64,000 bases of DNA from Aulosira sp. ZfuVER01 (GCA_034530615.2 JAVRCV020000048.1:51366-115365); one strand, 5' to 3'; positions 21,786-32,678 are shown, numbered from the stretch's first letter. The notes: generated by a model not told the origin, from the letters alone. Made by a program: numbers and translations.

Positions 21786-23294
21786 ATGCCTTTTCCCAGA
21801 TCCAGCGGCATTTTGCTGCATCCTACTTCCTTTCCCAGTCGATTTGGAATTGGGGATTTAGGCTTAGAAGCCTATAGCTTTATTGATTTTCTCAAAGATA
21901 GCTACCAGCAATACTGGCAAGTTTTGCCTTTGGGGCCAACTGGGTATGGTAATTCTCCTTATGCTTGTTATTCGGCAATGGCAGGAAACCCCTTACTTAT
22001 TAGCCCAGAACAACTGAAAGAACAAGGTTTACTTGCAGACGATGATTTTGCTAACTTACCAGTATATGAATCATCTAAAGTAGAGTACGAGCAAATTAAA
22101 CCATTTAAGATTGATTTGCTCAAAAAAGCCTGTGAAAACTTTAAAACCAAAGCTACACCTTTACAGCAAAAAGAATTCGCTGGTTTTTGTCATAGCAAAG
22201 CCTATTGGCTAGATGACTATGCCTTATTTATGGCGCTGAAAGATACCCACGAAGGAACTAGCTGGCATACTTGGGAGCCAGAACTTGCCAAGCGCGAACC
22301 TCAAGCCATAGATCGGGCACAGCGAGAGCTAACTGCGGAAATATTCTTCCACAAATTTATTCAATTTGAATTTTTCCGTCAGTGGTCTGAACTCAAGAGC
22401 TATGCCAATATGAGCGGTATCCGCATTATTGGCGATATCCCCATTTATGTAGCTCATGATAGCTCTGATGTTTGGGCAAACCCTGACATATTTTGTTTAG
22501 ATGAAGAGACAGGGGAACCAGCTCTCATGGCAGGAGTTCCACCAGATTACTTTAGCGCCACTGGTCAACTGTGGGGGAATCCAGTATACAACTGGGAAGA
22601 ATTGGAAAAACAAGATTTTAAGTGGTGGCTAGGGCGCTTTCAAGCAATGCTGGATTATGTGGATGTAATTCGCATTGACCACTTCCGAGGTTTTGAAGCT
22701 TACTGGGCTGTGGAACAAGGAGAAGAAACCGCCATAAATGGAGAGTGGTTAAAAGCACCTGGGGAAGAGTTATTTGAAACGATTAAACAAAAGCTCGGCA
22801 CTCTACCTGTATTAGCAGAAGATTTAGGAGTAATTACACCAGAAGTAGAAGCATTGCGAGACCAGTTTGAATTTCCTGGAATGAAGGTCTTACAGTTTGC
22901 CTTTGGTTCCGATCCCGGTAATCCTTTTTTACCTTTCAACTATCCACGAAATGCGGTAGTTTACACTGGGACTCATGATAATGACACCACTCTTGGCTGG
23001 TTTAATCAAGCTAACGATTGGGAAAAGCAAAACTTGTTGCTTTATTTAGGTTGTATCAGTCCTGAAGGAATCCACTGGGATTTAATTCGACTGGCTTTGA
23101 GTTCGATCGCCAACCAGGCAATTATTCCTTTGCAGGATGTTTTGGGATTGGGAACAGAAGCGCGGATGAATTTCCCTAGTATTGCTGAGGGTAATTGGGA
23201 GTGGCGCTATCAACCAGAAGCTTTGACTGAAGAATTAGGTCAAAGGCTGAAAATTCTCACTACACTCTACGGCCGTGCTCCCAGACAATCTTGA
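21786..23294 (+). CDS. malQ: 4-alpha-glucanotransferase (GH77)
   Basis: WQVLPLGP, GVPPDYFS.TGQLWGNP, RIDHFRGF, AEDLG, YTGTHDN. Confidence 0.96.
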   Translation: MPFPRSSGILLHPTSFPSRFGIGDLGLEAYSFIDFLKDSYQQYWQVLPLGPTGYGNSPYACYSAMAGNPLLISPEQLKEQGLLADDDFANLPVYESSKVEYEQIKPFKIDLLKKACENFKTKATPLQQKEFAGFCHSKAYWLDDYALFMALKDTHEGTSWHTWEPELAKREPQAIDRAQRELTAEIFFHKFIQFEFFRQWSELKSYANMSGIRIIGDIPIYVAHDSSDVWANPDIFCLDEETGEPALMAGVPPDYFSATGQLWGNPVYNWEELEKQDFKWWLGRFQAMLDYVDVIRIDHFRGFEAYWAVEQGEETAINGEWLKAPGEELFETIKQKLGTLPVLAEDLGVITPEVEALRDQFEFPGMKVLQFAFGSDPGNPFLPFNYPRNAVVYTGTHDNDTTLGWFNQANDWEKQNLLLYLGCISPEGIHWDLIRLALSSIANQAIIPLQDVLGLGTEARMNFPSIAEGNWEWRYQPEALTEELGQRLKILTTLYGRAPRQS

Positions 23295-23438
23295 GTATCT
23301 AGTACTGAGTCCTGAGTAATGAGTTAAGTAAGGCACTTAGAAAAACTTCAGTCATGGAGAAAAAGAAATTTTTTCTTTTCAATTCCTTAACTTCAGTAAC
23401 TTAGCACTCACAACTCAGGACTCAGGACTCAGCACTTT

Positions 23439-24251
23439 TCAAAACTTAGGTTTGGCAGCAATTTGGATTTCCTCTGGCTTTCCAAGCTCACCCATTTCCT
23501 TGGGTTGTTCCTGATTAACGCTCATCAATACACCACCAGCATTATCAGTTTTCACAGTTAGTTGATCTTGAGCTTTCCAAGTGCGATGACTTCCTTGTGG
23601 AAGAGTACCTTCAAACTGAGTTTTGCCATCAGCTACAACACGAATCCAAGATGAAGCCTTCAATGTGACACCAATCTGCACTGGCTGACCATCTTTGTTA
23701 GCCACGAGAGTGTTGCTATCAGGTTTAACTTCTGGTGCTTGTTTTGATTGTGTGTGTTGGGGTTGCGCCAAGGATTCTTTTTCTGGGTTTGGCCGGGTGG
23801 GGGTAGTACTTGCTTGTAAAGCAGAATCATTTAGTAGTTGAGATAAGCCACTGACAGAGCAGATAATCACAACTATATAAAGCAAGTAAAGATGCAGGGG
23901 ACGTAATTGGTTAATTGGCTTATTAGTCCAAGCTGGCTTAGGGTTCACCTGTTGATAAACAATCGGAAAATTGCTAGCAAATTCCACTCCATTAAAGCCC
24001 AATGCATCGGCAAATTGCCTAATTAAGCCTTGAATATATATTGGTTCTGGTAGATCTTCTAAATTCCCTTCTTCAATAGCTTGCAACAGCCGTTTAGGAA
24101 TTCTCGTTAATAAAACCACTTCTTCTAGAGATAAACCCTGTTCTTGACGCGAGGCCCAAAGTTGACCACCTATTTCCGCTAACTTTTCGGCCTGCTGTTG
24201 CTCTACTGGAAGAGTTGGTGGCTGATTATCTTTCCTGCTAAACCATTTCAT
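23439..24251 (-). CDS. RodZ-like helix-turn-helix membrane protein
   Basis: N-terminal HTH (LQAIEEG..LPEPIYIQGLIRQFA), one TM helix, C-terminal SWIRVVADG...NAGGV domain. Confidence 0.85.
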   Translation of the reverse strand: MKWFSRKDNQPPTLPVEQQQAEKLAEIGGQLWASRQEQGLSLEEVVLLTRIPKRLLQAIEEGNLEDLPEPIYIQGLIRQFADALGFNGVEFASNFPIVYQQVNPKPAWTNKPINQLRPLHLYLLYIVVIICSVSGLSQLLNDSALQASTTPTRPNPEKESLAQPQHTQSKQAPEVKPDSNTLVANKDGQPVQIGVTLKASSWIRVVADGKTQFEGTLPQGSHRTWKAQDQLTVKTDNAGGVLMSVNQEQPKEMGELGKPEEIQIAAKPKF

Positions 24252-25041
24252 GCGTAGTTACACTCCTTAACTCAGCTGAATCTTTAATAGGTATGTGCTT
24301 GATTTGCTGTTGCAAAAAGCGCATCTCATCATCTTTTAGGGAACGATAGTTACCCTCTTTTAAGTAGGGTCTTTTGGGAATTTGTAATTGGATCGGTCCA
24401 ATAGCGGTTCTATGCAGCTTGATTACCGGGTAGCCTAACTGTTCGGCTATACGGCGAATCTGACGATTGCGTCCCTCCTTTAAAACAATTTCTAAAGAGC
24501 TTTGTGTATTCAAACTTTCTATAAGGCGCACTTCGGCTGGTCGTGTTCTTCTGCCGTCTAACAATACACCCTGACGCCACATTTGTAACAGATCTTCTGA
24601 GGGATGTCCCTTAACTATTACACGATAAGTCTTCGGAATGCTGTGACTTGGGTGGGTGAGAGCAAATGTGAGTTCGCCATCGTTAGTAAGTATTAATGCT
24701 CCAGTGGAATCAGTATCTAGACGCCCAACTGGATGAATACCTGCACCTTCTCGTATATCTTTTGGTAGTAAATCTAGAACTGTAGTTCTTCCCTGAGGGT
24801 CGTAGCAAGTAGAAACTACGCCAGCAGGTTTGTTTAGCAACAAATATATAAGAGCCGGACGTTGTTTTGTAACTACGAGTTTGCCGTCAACTGTAATTTT
24901 GTCTTTTTGGGGGTCAACTTTTTGACCTAGATGGGCCAATACTCCATTAATCCGCACACGCGATCGCCTAATCATTTCTTCGGCTTCACGACGTGAGGCA
25001 ATACCCCATTGGGCGAGAACTTTTTGTAACCGTGCCTCCAT
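24238..25041 (-). CDS. rRNA pseudouridine synthase (RsuA/RluB family)
   Basis: S4 domain RLQKVLA..SRREAE, LNKPAG, GRLD, EGRNRQIRR. Confidence 0.93.
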   Translation of the reverse strand: MEARLQKVLAQWGIASRREAEEMIRRSRVRINGVLAHLGQKVDPQKDKITVDGKLVVTKQRPALIYLLLNKPAGVVSTCYDPQGRTTVLDLLPKDIREGAGIHPVGRLDTDSTGALILTNDGELTFALTHPSHSIPKTYRVIVKGHPSEDLLQMWRQGVLLDGRRTRPAEVRLIESLNTQSSLEIVLKEGRNRQIRRIAEQLGYPVIKLHRTAIGPIQLQIPKRPYLKEGNYRSLKDDEMRFLQQQIKHIPIKDSAELRSVTTHEMV

Positions 25042-25178
25042 GTGGAAATTGCTTATTCTTTCGCTAGGATTTAAATCATATTATTTGCATTTTGTCGTTA
25101 ATAGCCTTAAATATTACATTTAAGGTCTGATTAACTTCAGCCAATTGTTGAGTTTCTACCCATAAACACAAAAGTTAA

Positions 25179-25892
25179 ATGCCTGAGCAAAATTCAGATC
25201 CTAAACGTACCCATAAGATACGGATAATTACGAATCTGCTCACAACAGCACTAAAGCTATGGTTGAGAGCGCAAGTCAGTCAAGTATCGCAAATAGAAGT
25301 GGAAATTAGAGCCAGCGATCGCCAACTTCTCTCCGGGAAAATTCCCTGGGTATCGATTTTTGCTAGTCATGCCGTTTATCAAGGTCTCCATATCGGACAA
25401 ATTCAACTAGTGGCAGAAAATATTCAGGTCAACATTGGCGCAATCATTAAAGGACAGCCACTAAGACTGTTAGAAACAGTACCAGTGGTTGGTGAATTGC
25501 TCGTCGAGGAGAAGGATCTGAATCATTCCCTCTCATCCGATCTATTATCAGCGGCTTTAAATGATGTACTGGTTAAACTTTTACCAGAACAATGCGCAAA
25601 AACCAAGTCTATTTCTTGGCAAAAAATTATTCTGGAGAATAATCAAATTATACTCAGTGGCATTTTAGCATCTGAAGGCAACCCTATGCCTGTGGAGATT
25701 TGCACAGGTTTAGATTTAATCAGTGGTTGCGAGTTGCAACTAGCACCTTTGCAAATAAAATACGACACGGGAACTTTAGCACAGAGTAATCAAGAGTACA
25801 ATTTCGATCTTGGCTCGGAAGTCGATATCCAAGAACTCACATTGATCCCCGGTCAGCTATTGTGTCGCGGACGGATTAACGTCAACCCCTAA
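25179..25892 (+). CDS. DUF2993/LmeA-like hypothetical protein
   Basis: LWLRAQVSQV..LLSGKIP.V...AVYQGL..GQPLRLLE pattern typical of cyanobacterial DUF2993 proteins. Confidence 0.75.
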   Translation: MPEQNSDPKRTHKIRIITNLLTTALKLWLRAQVSQVSQIEVEIRASDRQLLSGKIPWVSIFASHAVYQGLHIGQIQLVAENIQVNIGAIIKGQPLRLLETVPVVGELLVEEKDLNHSLSSDLLSAALNDVLVKLLPEQCAKTKSISWQKIILENNQIILSGILASEGNPMPVEICTGLDLISGCELQLAPLQIKYDTGTLAQSNQEYNFDLGSEVDIQELTLIPGQLLCRGRINVNP

Positions 25893-26146
25893 TGATTAGA
25901 AATCAAAAACTAAAAATGCTTATTATTTATAATAATTTATATTTTTACCAGTGAATAAGAATTGGTCATGGGGCATTGGGCAAACAAGGAGTGTGGGAAG
26001 TGTGGAAAGATGTGGAAGACGGAGGGGAGCTAATAAAGAAAGTGTGGTTCGTTTCTCCCCTCTCTCCCCACACTCTCCCATCCTCCTTGTCCGCCCGAAG
26101 TTCAGATCGCCGGAAGCCGGCGCTCCGATTTCTCTCCTTGTCTCCA

Positions 26147-27040
26147 TCATCTCCCTTCTGCAATCAGGGGCAATAACAAAGTCACGAAATAGTAAACTAA
26201 GGGAGCCGTAAAAATATAACTATCTGTACGATCTAAGATGCCGCCATGTCCAGGGATCAATTGTCCCGAATCCTTAACACCAGCATCGCGCTTGAGTACA
26301 GACTCGATTAAGTCGCCTAAAAGACTAGCAATCCCAATCAGCAAACCCAACGATAACCCAGTGTAGAGTGGTCTGGGCCAGTGAAGATAATAAGCCCCTG
26401 CTAAACCTACAGCAATGCTAGCGCTGATGCCAAACACGGCACCTTCAACAGTTTTTTTGGGGCTAATGTCAGACAAACGGGTTTTGCCGAAGAATTTGCC
26501 AATAGTATAAGCGCCAATATCTGCTGCCCAAATGCACAAAAACGTCAGCACGGTCGCTCTTAAACCTTGGGGGAGGGAGGCAAGATTTCTTTGATCTAGA
26601 ATATCTGTCCAGGTGGTAGGCCAGTAACCACCTAAAGGTAGATTACTGACTGCGGCACTAGCAAGCGATCGCAATCGCACCCAATAGCTTGGCAAGTAAC
26701 CGACATAAAATAGCCCCATAATCGAAGCGGAAATATCCGCGATCGTCGCCATTTTCGGCTGAAACAGTAGGTAAAAACAAATAAATGTCCCAGCTATAGG
26801 CATTACAGCATCAGCTAAATTTCCATCTAGAGTACAGATCGCTAGTAAGGCTAGGCTGACAAATATCGTGGTTTTAGCAGCGGGAGCTATGCCTCTAGTT
26901 CGCACTAAATTAAAATATTCCTCTTGCCCTAAAAAGACAACAACCCCAATCATCACAGTAAAGTACCAACCCCCCAAGAGGGTTGAAACCAGAGCCAGCG
27001 CGATCGCAATAATTCCACTAATAATCCGAGACCAAGGCAT
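26147..27040 (-). CDS. cdsA: Phosphatidate cytidylyltransferase
   Basis: SPKKTVEG, GDLIESVLKRDAGVKDSG..IPGHGGILDRTDS. Confidence 0.96.
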   Translation of the reverse strand: MPWSRIISGIIAIALALVSTLLGGWYFTVMIGVVVFLGQEEYFNLVRTRGIAPAAKTTIFVSLALLAICTLDGNLADAVMPIAGTFICFYLLFQPKMATIADISASIMGLFYVGYLPSYWVRLRSLASAAVSNLPLGGYWPTTWTDILDQRNLASLPQGLRATVLTFLCIWAADIGAYTIGKFFGKTRLSDISPKKTVEGAVFGISASIAVGLAGAYYLHWPRPLYTGLSLGLLIGIASLLGDLIESVLKRDAGVKDSGQLIPGHGGILDRTDSYIFTAPLVYYFVTLLLPLIAEGR

Positions 27041-27126
27041 AGAAATTAAAGTATGAAGTATGAAGTATTAAGGATGAAGTTTTGCGTATGAGGTGTTAAA
27101 TATTTAATTTTCATACTTTAGCCTTT

Positions 27127-27244
27127 AGCCTACCCTGCGGGTAGCCCTTCGGGTTCAGCAGTTGCTTTAAGTCGGGAAACCCGCCCAACGCACTGCTGAC
27201 GCTCCTACGTCGCTACCGCTGCGCTAACACCGCTTTGCGTCTAC
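27127..27244. repeat. Composite GC-rich small dispersed repeat element
   Basis: Stacked mini-hairpins (CTACCC/GGGTAG, CCCTTCGGG, GGGAAACCC) similar to 50700-50800. Confidence 0.6.
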
Positions 27245-27255
27245 ATCCTTCAAAT

Positions 27256-27858
27256 TTAGTCTAGTTTCTCACCACTGAGGATAAAAATGGGATCTACGGC
27301 GGCAAAGGTTTGAGAAAAGCCCCGCATCTCTAGGCGATTGACCGCAGATTGCACAACTTCAATATTGCGAGCTCTTAATTGGGCAAAACTTTGAGAAATA
27401 GCATACAGACTTTCTAGATTAGCAGCTGTAGCTACAACTCTACCGGTTGTTGGGAGATAATCCCACACGGCTTGTAAGATTTCTTGGATGGGGCGTCCTC
27501 CTTCAATGCAAACGCGATGAGGAGTAACTTTCAGGTCTTGCAAACATTCTGGGGCGCTACCTTCAATGACTTCAACATTTTTTACCTCAAAGCGATCGCA
27601 GTTGCGGCGGATGAGATTGGCTACTTCTTCATCCCGTTCTACAGCGATAATTTGCCCGCCTGGACATAGCAATCCTACCTCTACAGGAATTGTACCTGTA
27701 CCTGCGCCAATATCCCACAATACTGAATCTGCTTGAAGTCGTAATTGGGAAATGAGCAATAGCCTAACTTCTCGCTGACTCAGAGGTATTCCGGGCAAAT
27801 GCTCGAACAATTCATCAGGTATACCTGGGGTAATGTAAGGCCAAATTTCAGAGGGCAT
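27256..27858 (-). CDS. cbiT: Precorrin-6B/6Y C15-methyltransferase subunit
   Basis: GIPDELF, REVRLL, LWDIGAGTGTI SAM motif, GSAPECL. Confidence 0.92.
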   Translation of the reverse strand: MPSEIWPYITPGIPDELFEHLPGIPLSQREVRLLLISQLRLQADSVLWDIGAGTGTIPVEVGLLCPGGQIIAVERDEEVANLIRRNCDRFEVKNVEVIEGSAPECLQDLKVTPHRVCIEGGRPIQEILQAVWDYLPTTGRVVATAANLESLYAISQSFAQLRARNIEVVQSAVNRLEMRGFSQTFAAVDPIFILSGEKLD

Positions 27859-27952
27859 AGAACTTAGATATTTATACTAAAGATATCAGCTTGTCTGTTT
27901 GATCGGTCGTAGGCTGTAACCAGCTTTAGGCGCAGCGTTATCAGTAATCACA

Positions 27953-29347
27953 ATGACTAACGAAATATTAAGCAGTCGCTACGAAGTTCAGCAACAATTG
28001 GGAAAAAAGGCAGGGCGACGGACGCTATTAGCCCGTGACTTACTAACTCAGGAACTCGTCATCATCAAGTTACTTATTTTTGGAGGTGACTTTGAATGGG
28101 ATGATCTCAAGCTATTTGAACGTGAAGCTGAAACTCTAAAATCTTTATCAAATCCCTCTATTCCCAGCTATTTAGATTATTTTGAGCTGAATTCACCTAA
28201 TCTTAAAGGATTTGCCCTCGTACAAACTTATATCTCAGCACAACCTTTAGATCAGTATTTAAAAGCTGGGCATATTTTTACAGAAGCAGAAGTTAAACAG
28301 ATAGCTAAAGCGCTTTTAGAAATTCTCTGTTACTTACATGGGCTACATCCGCCTGTAATTCACCGCGATATTAAGCCTAGCAATATTTTATTGGGGAATC
28401 GCTCTGGTAATAGCGTTGGTCAAGTTTATTTGGTAGATTTTGGCTCAGTACAGACTGTTTTGGCAACTGAAGGGGCGACTCGAACTGTCGTAGGAACCTA
28501 TGGTTATATGCCTCCAGAGCAATTTGGGGGACGCACCGTTCCCGCTTCCGATCTTTATAGTTTAGGTGCGACATTAATTTACCTGGTGACGGGTATCCAG
28601 CCAGCAGATTTACCTCAAAAGGATTTTCGGATGCAGTTTGAGCCAGTGGCTAATCTCAGCCCCAGCCTAACTAATTGGTTGCGGTGGCTAATTGAACCTA
28701 ACCTAGAACGGCGCGCTAGTTCTGCCTTAGAGGCCCTACAAGCATTAGATAGACCTGAAAATCCCTATTCCTCAGAATTAGTAATTAGCCAACCACCAGG
28801 TAGCAAAATTCAACTAACAAAAAATGCGGATGAATTGGAAATTATTATTCCACCGAGTGGTTGGCAACCATCTATGATTTTCTTAGGTACATTTGCGATC
28901 GCTTGGAATTCATTTATTCTATTTTGGACAATAGGCGCGCTTTCTGCACCCTTCCCCATTAACCTGCCCTTTGCCTTGTTCTCTCTGCCTTTTTGGGGTG
29001 CTGGCTGCTTTATGATGTATGGTTTTTTATTTAGCATCTGGGGAAGCATTCGACTACGCCTAGATTGGCAAAAAGTAGCCTTAACTCACGAGTTATTCGG
29101 ATTTAAATTCCATCGTCCCCGACCATCACCCAGACAAAATATTACTAATTTGGTCTATATTCCGCAACATTTTACTAAAGACTCTGAGGGTAATAGAACT
29201 CAAGTCCCCGCGCAATTAGAGCTTTGGGCTGGGGTAGAAAAATATCAAGTTGGGAGTAATCATGGTGTCATAAAATCTCAAGCAGAACTGGAATGGCTAG
29301 CTCATGAATTAAGTGATTGGTTAAGTTTGCCTATTACAAGAGAATAG
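27953..29347 (+). CDS. Ser/Thr protein kinase with two C-terminal TM segments
   Basis: HRDIKPSN, DFG, GTYGYMPPE, DLYSLG; FAIAWNSF and FSLPFWGAG TM region. Confidence 0.92.
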   Translation: MTNEILSSRYEVQQQLGKKAGRRTLLARDLLTQELVIIKLLIFGGDFEWDDLKLFEREAETLKSLSNPSIPSYLDYFELNSPNLKGFALVQTYISAQPLDQYLKAGHIFTEAEVKQIAKALLEILCYLHGLHPPVIHRDIKPSNILLGNRSGNSVGQVYLVDFGSVQTVLATEGATRTVVGTYGYMPPEQFGGRTVPASDLYSLGATLIYLVTGIQPADLPQKDFRMQFEPVANLSPSLTNWLRWLIEPNLERRASSALEALQALDRPENPYSSELVISQPPGSKIQLTKNADELEIIIPPSGWQPSMIFLGTFAIAWNSFILFWTIGALSAPFPINLPFALFSLPFWGAGCFMMYGFLFSIWGSIRLRLDWQKVALTHELFGFKFHRPRPSPRQNITNLVYIPQHFTKDSEGNRTQVPAQLELWAGVEKYQVGSNHGVIKSQAELEWLAHELSDWLSLPITRE

Positions 29348-29603
29348 CTATCTAGGTGTGTTCAGATTATCGGTCTCTATGTATAGATTACATTAAAAAA
29401 ACTGCATTAAAACTTAGAACTATCTACTGTTTATCTAGTTTAAAATAAATAATTATTGTCGCTAAGTTTGATAATTTTATTGTTCAAAATACAGATAAAA
29501 ACCGATAACTATCTATATTCATCTTTGGTTAAATAAAAAATTGACTTTAACAAAACTCTGATTGTATTACATTCACATAAAAATTGCTCTAATACCGATA
29601 TTA

Positions 29604-29630
29604 CGTAAGGTGGGCAATGCCCACCTTACG
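29604..29630. repeat. REP-like perfect palindrome
   Basis: CGTAAGGTGGGCA-A-TGCCCACCTTACG. Confidence 0.75.
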
Positions 29631-29735
29631 AATACTTGGATTTTTGAAAAAATCAAGCCAGATTTTTATATTTCATTTCCATTAAAATCACTGTAATGTC
29701 TATAGTTAACTATAGATTGTTTCAAGGAGAAGCTT

Positions 29736-29909
29736 ATGTTGTTTGGACTGGGATGGCCAGAGGTGGCAATAATTGTGATAGTCGCTATTGTAATTTTTGG
29801 ACCAAAAAAAATTCCCGAACTGGGGAATGCATTGGGTAAAACTCTACGGGGTTTTAAGGAGGAAGTTAAAGGTTCTAGTGCAGATAACAATTCAGAACAC
29901 GAGCAATAA
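29736..29909 (+). CDS. tatA: Twin-arginine translocase TatA/E subunit (57 aa; absent from ORF track)
   Basis: Hand translation MLFGLGWPEVAIIVIVAIVIFGPKKIPELGNALGKTLRGFKEEVKGSSADNNSEHEQ; AAGGAG RBS. Confidence 0.93.
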   Translation: MLFGLGWPEVAIIVIVAIVIFGPKKIPELGNALGKTLRGFKEEVKGSSADNNSEHEQ

Positions 29910-29975
29910 TATTCACCATTGGGAGCAACCAAGGGTCAAAAGTAGAGATACGAGCGATCGCATCTCTACTTTTGA

Positions 29976-32678
29976 CTACAGCAGTGTATTGATGATCGAA
30001 GATGCAACGCCATTTTGAGAATCTACGATCGCCGTAGTCGCATTTTGTTGATGTGTTTCTTCTTTAACTACGCCACGTGCCCTAATTAAGCGAATAGCGC
30101 GGCTGACGCTTTCTGGTAATATCACGACCAGGCTGTTCTCTGGAGCCATGTCTAAGGCTTTATTGATGGCTTGGGTTTCATCTAAGATTGATTCAAAACG
30201 GCAATTGGGTTTAACCTGGGTAATGCCTTTAGTAATCAACTCTGAGGCTGAACCTCTAGGACGACCCCTAGTGTCATCGTCTTCTTTGATGATGATGTAA
30301 TCAAAAATATCGGCTGCTAATTTACCCAAGGTAACAAAATCTTCGTCGCGGCGATCGCCTGGGCCCCCAACAACACCAATTCGCTGTCCCGAATTCCAGT
30401 TACGGACGAAGGAACCTACAGCTTCGTAACTTGCTGGGTTGTGAGCATAGTCTATCAAAGCATGATAGTTGCCTAAATTAAACAAATTCATCCGTCCTGG
30501 CGTTTGACTGACGGAAGCCCGAAAGGTCTTCAAGCCGGCGCGAATCTGCTCAATTGTGACGTTTTGTACAAAAGCTGCCAAACTTGCTGCTAAAGCGTTA
30601 GCAATCATAAATGGCGCACGTCCACCCATTGTTAAGGGAATAGCTTCTGCCCTTTCGATGCGGTGTGTCCAATCGCCTTTGACAATTGAGAGATAGCCAT
30701 TTTCATAAACTGCTGCTACTCCCCCCTTTTGAATGTGCTTGCGCACGAGTTCCGAGTCAGGGTTCATTGTGAAGTAAGCAATATTCGCTTTGGTTTTTTC
30801 TGCCATTGCTGCAACCCGATGATCGTCGGCGTTGAGTACAGCATAGCCATCAGGAAATACTGCTTCTGCTACTACACTCTTGAGGTTAGCTAATTGGTCA
30901 ATAGTATCTATATCGCCTATTCCTAAGTGATCGGCAGCAACATTTAACACTACACCTACATTTGCAGCTTCAAAACCCAGCCCCGAACGCAGAATCCCGC
31001 CACGAGCGCTTTCCAACACAGCTACTTCTACTGTGGGGTCTTGCAAGATTAGATGGGCGCTTTGCGGCCCGGTATTATCGCCAGCTTCTACTAAGTAATC
31101 ACCGATATAAGTTCCATCAGTAGTTGTATAACCAACTACTTTACCTGTCTGCTTGTAGATGTGTGCCAGTAGTCTAGTGGTAGTAGTTTTACCATTAGTA
31201 CCAGTGACGCTGAGTATGGGAATGCGGCTAGATTGTTCATTGGGGAACAACATATCCATGACTGCGCCAGCGACATTGCGGGGAATACCTTGACTGGGCG
31301 CAACGTGCATTCTAAAGCCAGGGGCAGCGTTCACTTCGACAATTACGCCATCTACTTCCCTTAAGGGGCGACTAATATCTGTAGTGACGATATCCAGTCC
31401 GGCAATATCCAAACCAATAATCTTCACTACCCGTTGTGCCAGCCAAACAGTTTCGGGGTGGATTTCATCAGTACGGTCTAGGGCACTGCCTCCTGTACTT
31501 AAATTAGCTGTAGCTCGCAGATAACAAACTATACCTTTGGGCAGAATGCTATTGAGCGTATAGCCTTGCCTTTCTAGAAGCTGGTAGCTTGTCCGGTCGA
31601 GTTCAATTTTGGTGAGAACATTGTCATGTCCTTCACCGCGATTTGGATCTTGGTTTGTTTCCTCTATCAGTTCCGCAACACTAGATCTGCCGTTACCAAC
31701 TACATGGGCTGGTACACGTTCAGCTACTGCTACAACTTTGCCATCTACCACCAATACCCGATGATCTCGCCCAACGTAATACCGTTCAACAATAATTGAT
31801 CGGGAAACCTGTCTGGCTGCTTCATAAGCTGCCTCGGCTTCTTCCCAGGTTCTAATATCAATGGTGATCCCGCGTCCGTGATTACCGTCTAAGGGCTTGA
31901 TGACTATGGGATAACCACCAACATATTCAATTGCTTCTTCTAAATCGTCCAAGAAGCTGATGACTGTACCTTTAGGTACTGGTACACCAGCAGCAGCGAG
32001 GATGCGTTTGGTGGCTTCTTTATCGCAAGCTAGTTCTACTCCCAAAATGCCCGTGTTGTCGGTCATTGTTGCTTGCATCCGCTTTTGGTTCACGCCATAG
32101 CCTAGCTGAATCAAAAAGCGTGCCCCCAAAGCCATCCAGGGAATACCACGTTTTTCTGCTTCTTTGACGATCGCTTCTGTAGATGGCCCCAAAGATGAAT
32201 CTCGCCAAAAGTCTTTTAAGTCTTGAATATCTTGTTCTAGCTCGGCTTTGGGATAACGACCGCGATCGACAATACTTTGGCACAAACGCACCGCTGCTCG
32301 TCCAGCGTAGCGTCCTGCTTCCTCATTTAGGTACTCTAGTACTACCTGATAAATGCCAGGTGTAGCCGTTTCGCGGGTGCGACCAAAGCCTACGTGCATC
32401 CCAGCTAATTCTTGTAGCTCTAAAGCTACGTGTTCAACGATATGGCCCATCATTGTGCCTTCTCGCACCCGCATTAAAAAACCACCACGACAGCCCGGTG
32501 AGCAATAGTGGCCCTCCAGACTTGGCAGCGCCTCAACTAATCCTTCGTAAAAACCAGGGATTTCATTCGAGGGCGTCTCGGCAAGGTTTTCTAAATCGAG
32601 GCGCATGACGATCAGCTTGTGGCGTCGAATGCTCCAGTAGTTTGGGCCGCGTAAGGTCTGGATCTTGAGGATTCTCAT
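29976..32678 (-). CDS. cphA: Cyanophycin synthetase
   Basis: MRILKIQTLRGPNYWS, ATP-grasp KPLDGNHGRG and EVNAAPGFRMH, Mur-ligase GTNGKTT and DYAHN. Confidence 0.97.
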   Translation of the reverse strand: MRILKIQTLRGPNYWSIRRHKLIVMRLDLENLAETPSNEIPGFYEGLVEALPSLEGHYCSPGCRGGFLMRVREGTMMGHIVEHVALELQELAGMHVGFGRTRETATPGIYQVVLEYLNEEAGRYAGRAAVRLCQSIVDRGRYPKAELEQDIQDLKDFWRDSSLGPSTEAIVKEAEKRGIPWMALGARFLIQLGYGVNQKRMQATMTDNTGILGVELACDKEATKRILAAAGVPVPKGTVISFLDDLEEAIEYVGGYPIVIKPLDGNHGRGITIDIRTWEEAEAAYEAARQVSRSIIVERYYVGRDHRVLVVDGKVVAVAERVPAHVVGNGRSSVAELIEETNQDPNRGEGHDNVLTKIELDRTSYQLLERQGYTLNSILPKGIVCYLRATANLSTGGSALDRTDEIHPETVWLAQRVVKIIGLDIAGLDIVTTDISRPLREVDGVIVEVNAAPGFRMHVAPSQGIPRNVAGAVMDMLFPNEQSSRIPILSVTGTNGKTTTTRLLAHIYKQTGKVVGYTTTDGTYIGDYLVEAGDNTGPQSAHLILQDPTVEVAVLESARGGILRSGLGFEAANVGVVLNVAADHLGIGDIDTIDQLANLKSVVAEAVFPDGYAVLNADDHRVAAMAEKTKANIAYFTMNPDSELVRKHIQKGGVAAVYENGYLSIVKGDWTHRIERAEAIPLTMGGRAPFMIANALAASLAAFVQNVTIEQIRAGLKTFRASVSQTPGRMNLFNLGNYHALIDYAHNPASYEAVGSFVRNWNSGQRIGVVGGPGDRRDEDFVTLGKLAADIFDYIIIKEDDDTRGRPRGSASELITKGITQVKPNCRFESILDETQAINKALDMAPENSLVVILPESVSRAIRLIRARGVVKEETHQQNATTAIVDSQNGVASSIINTLL

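Noticed and set aside
25923..26211. Cluster of short overlapping ORFs
   Set aside because: They arise from GC-skewed dispersed repeats between convergent genes.
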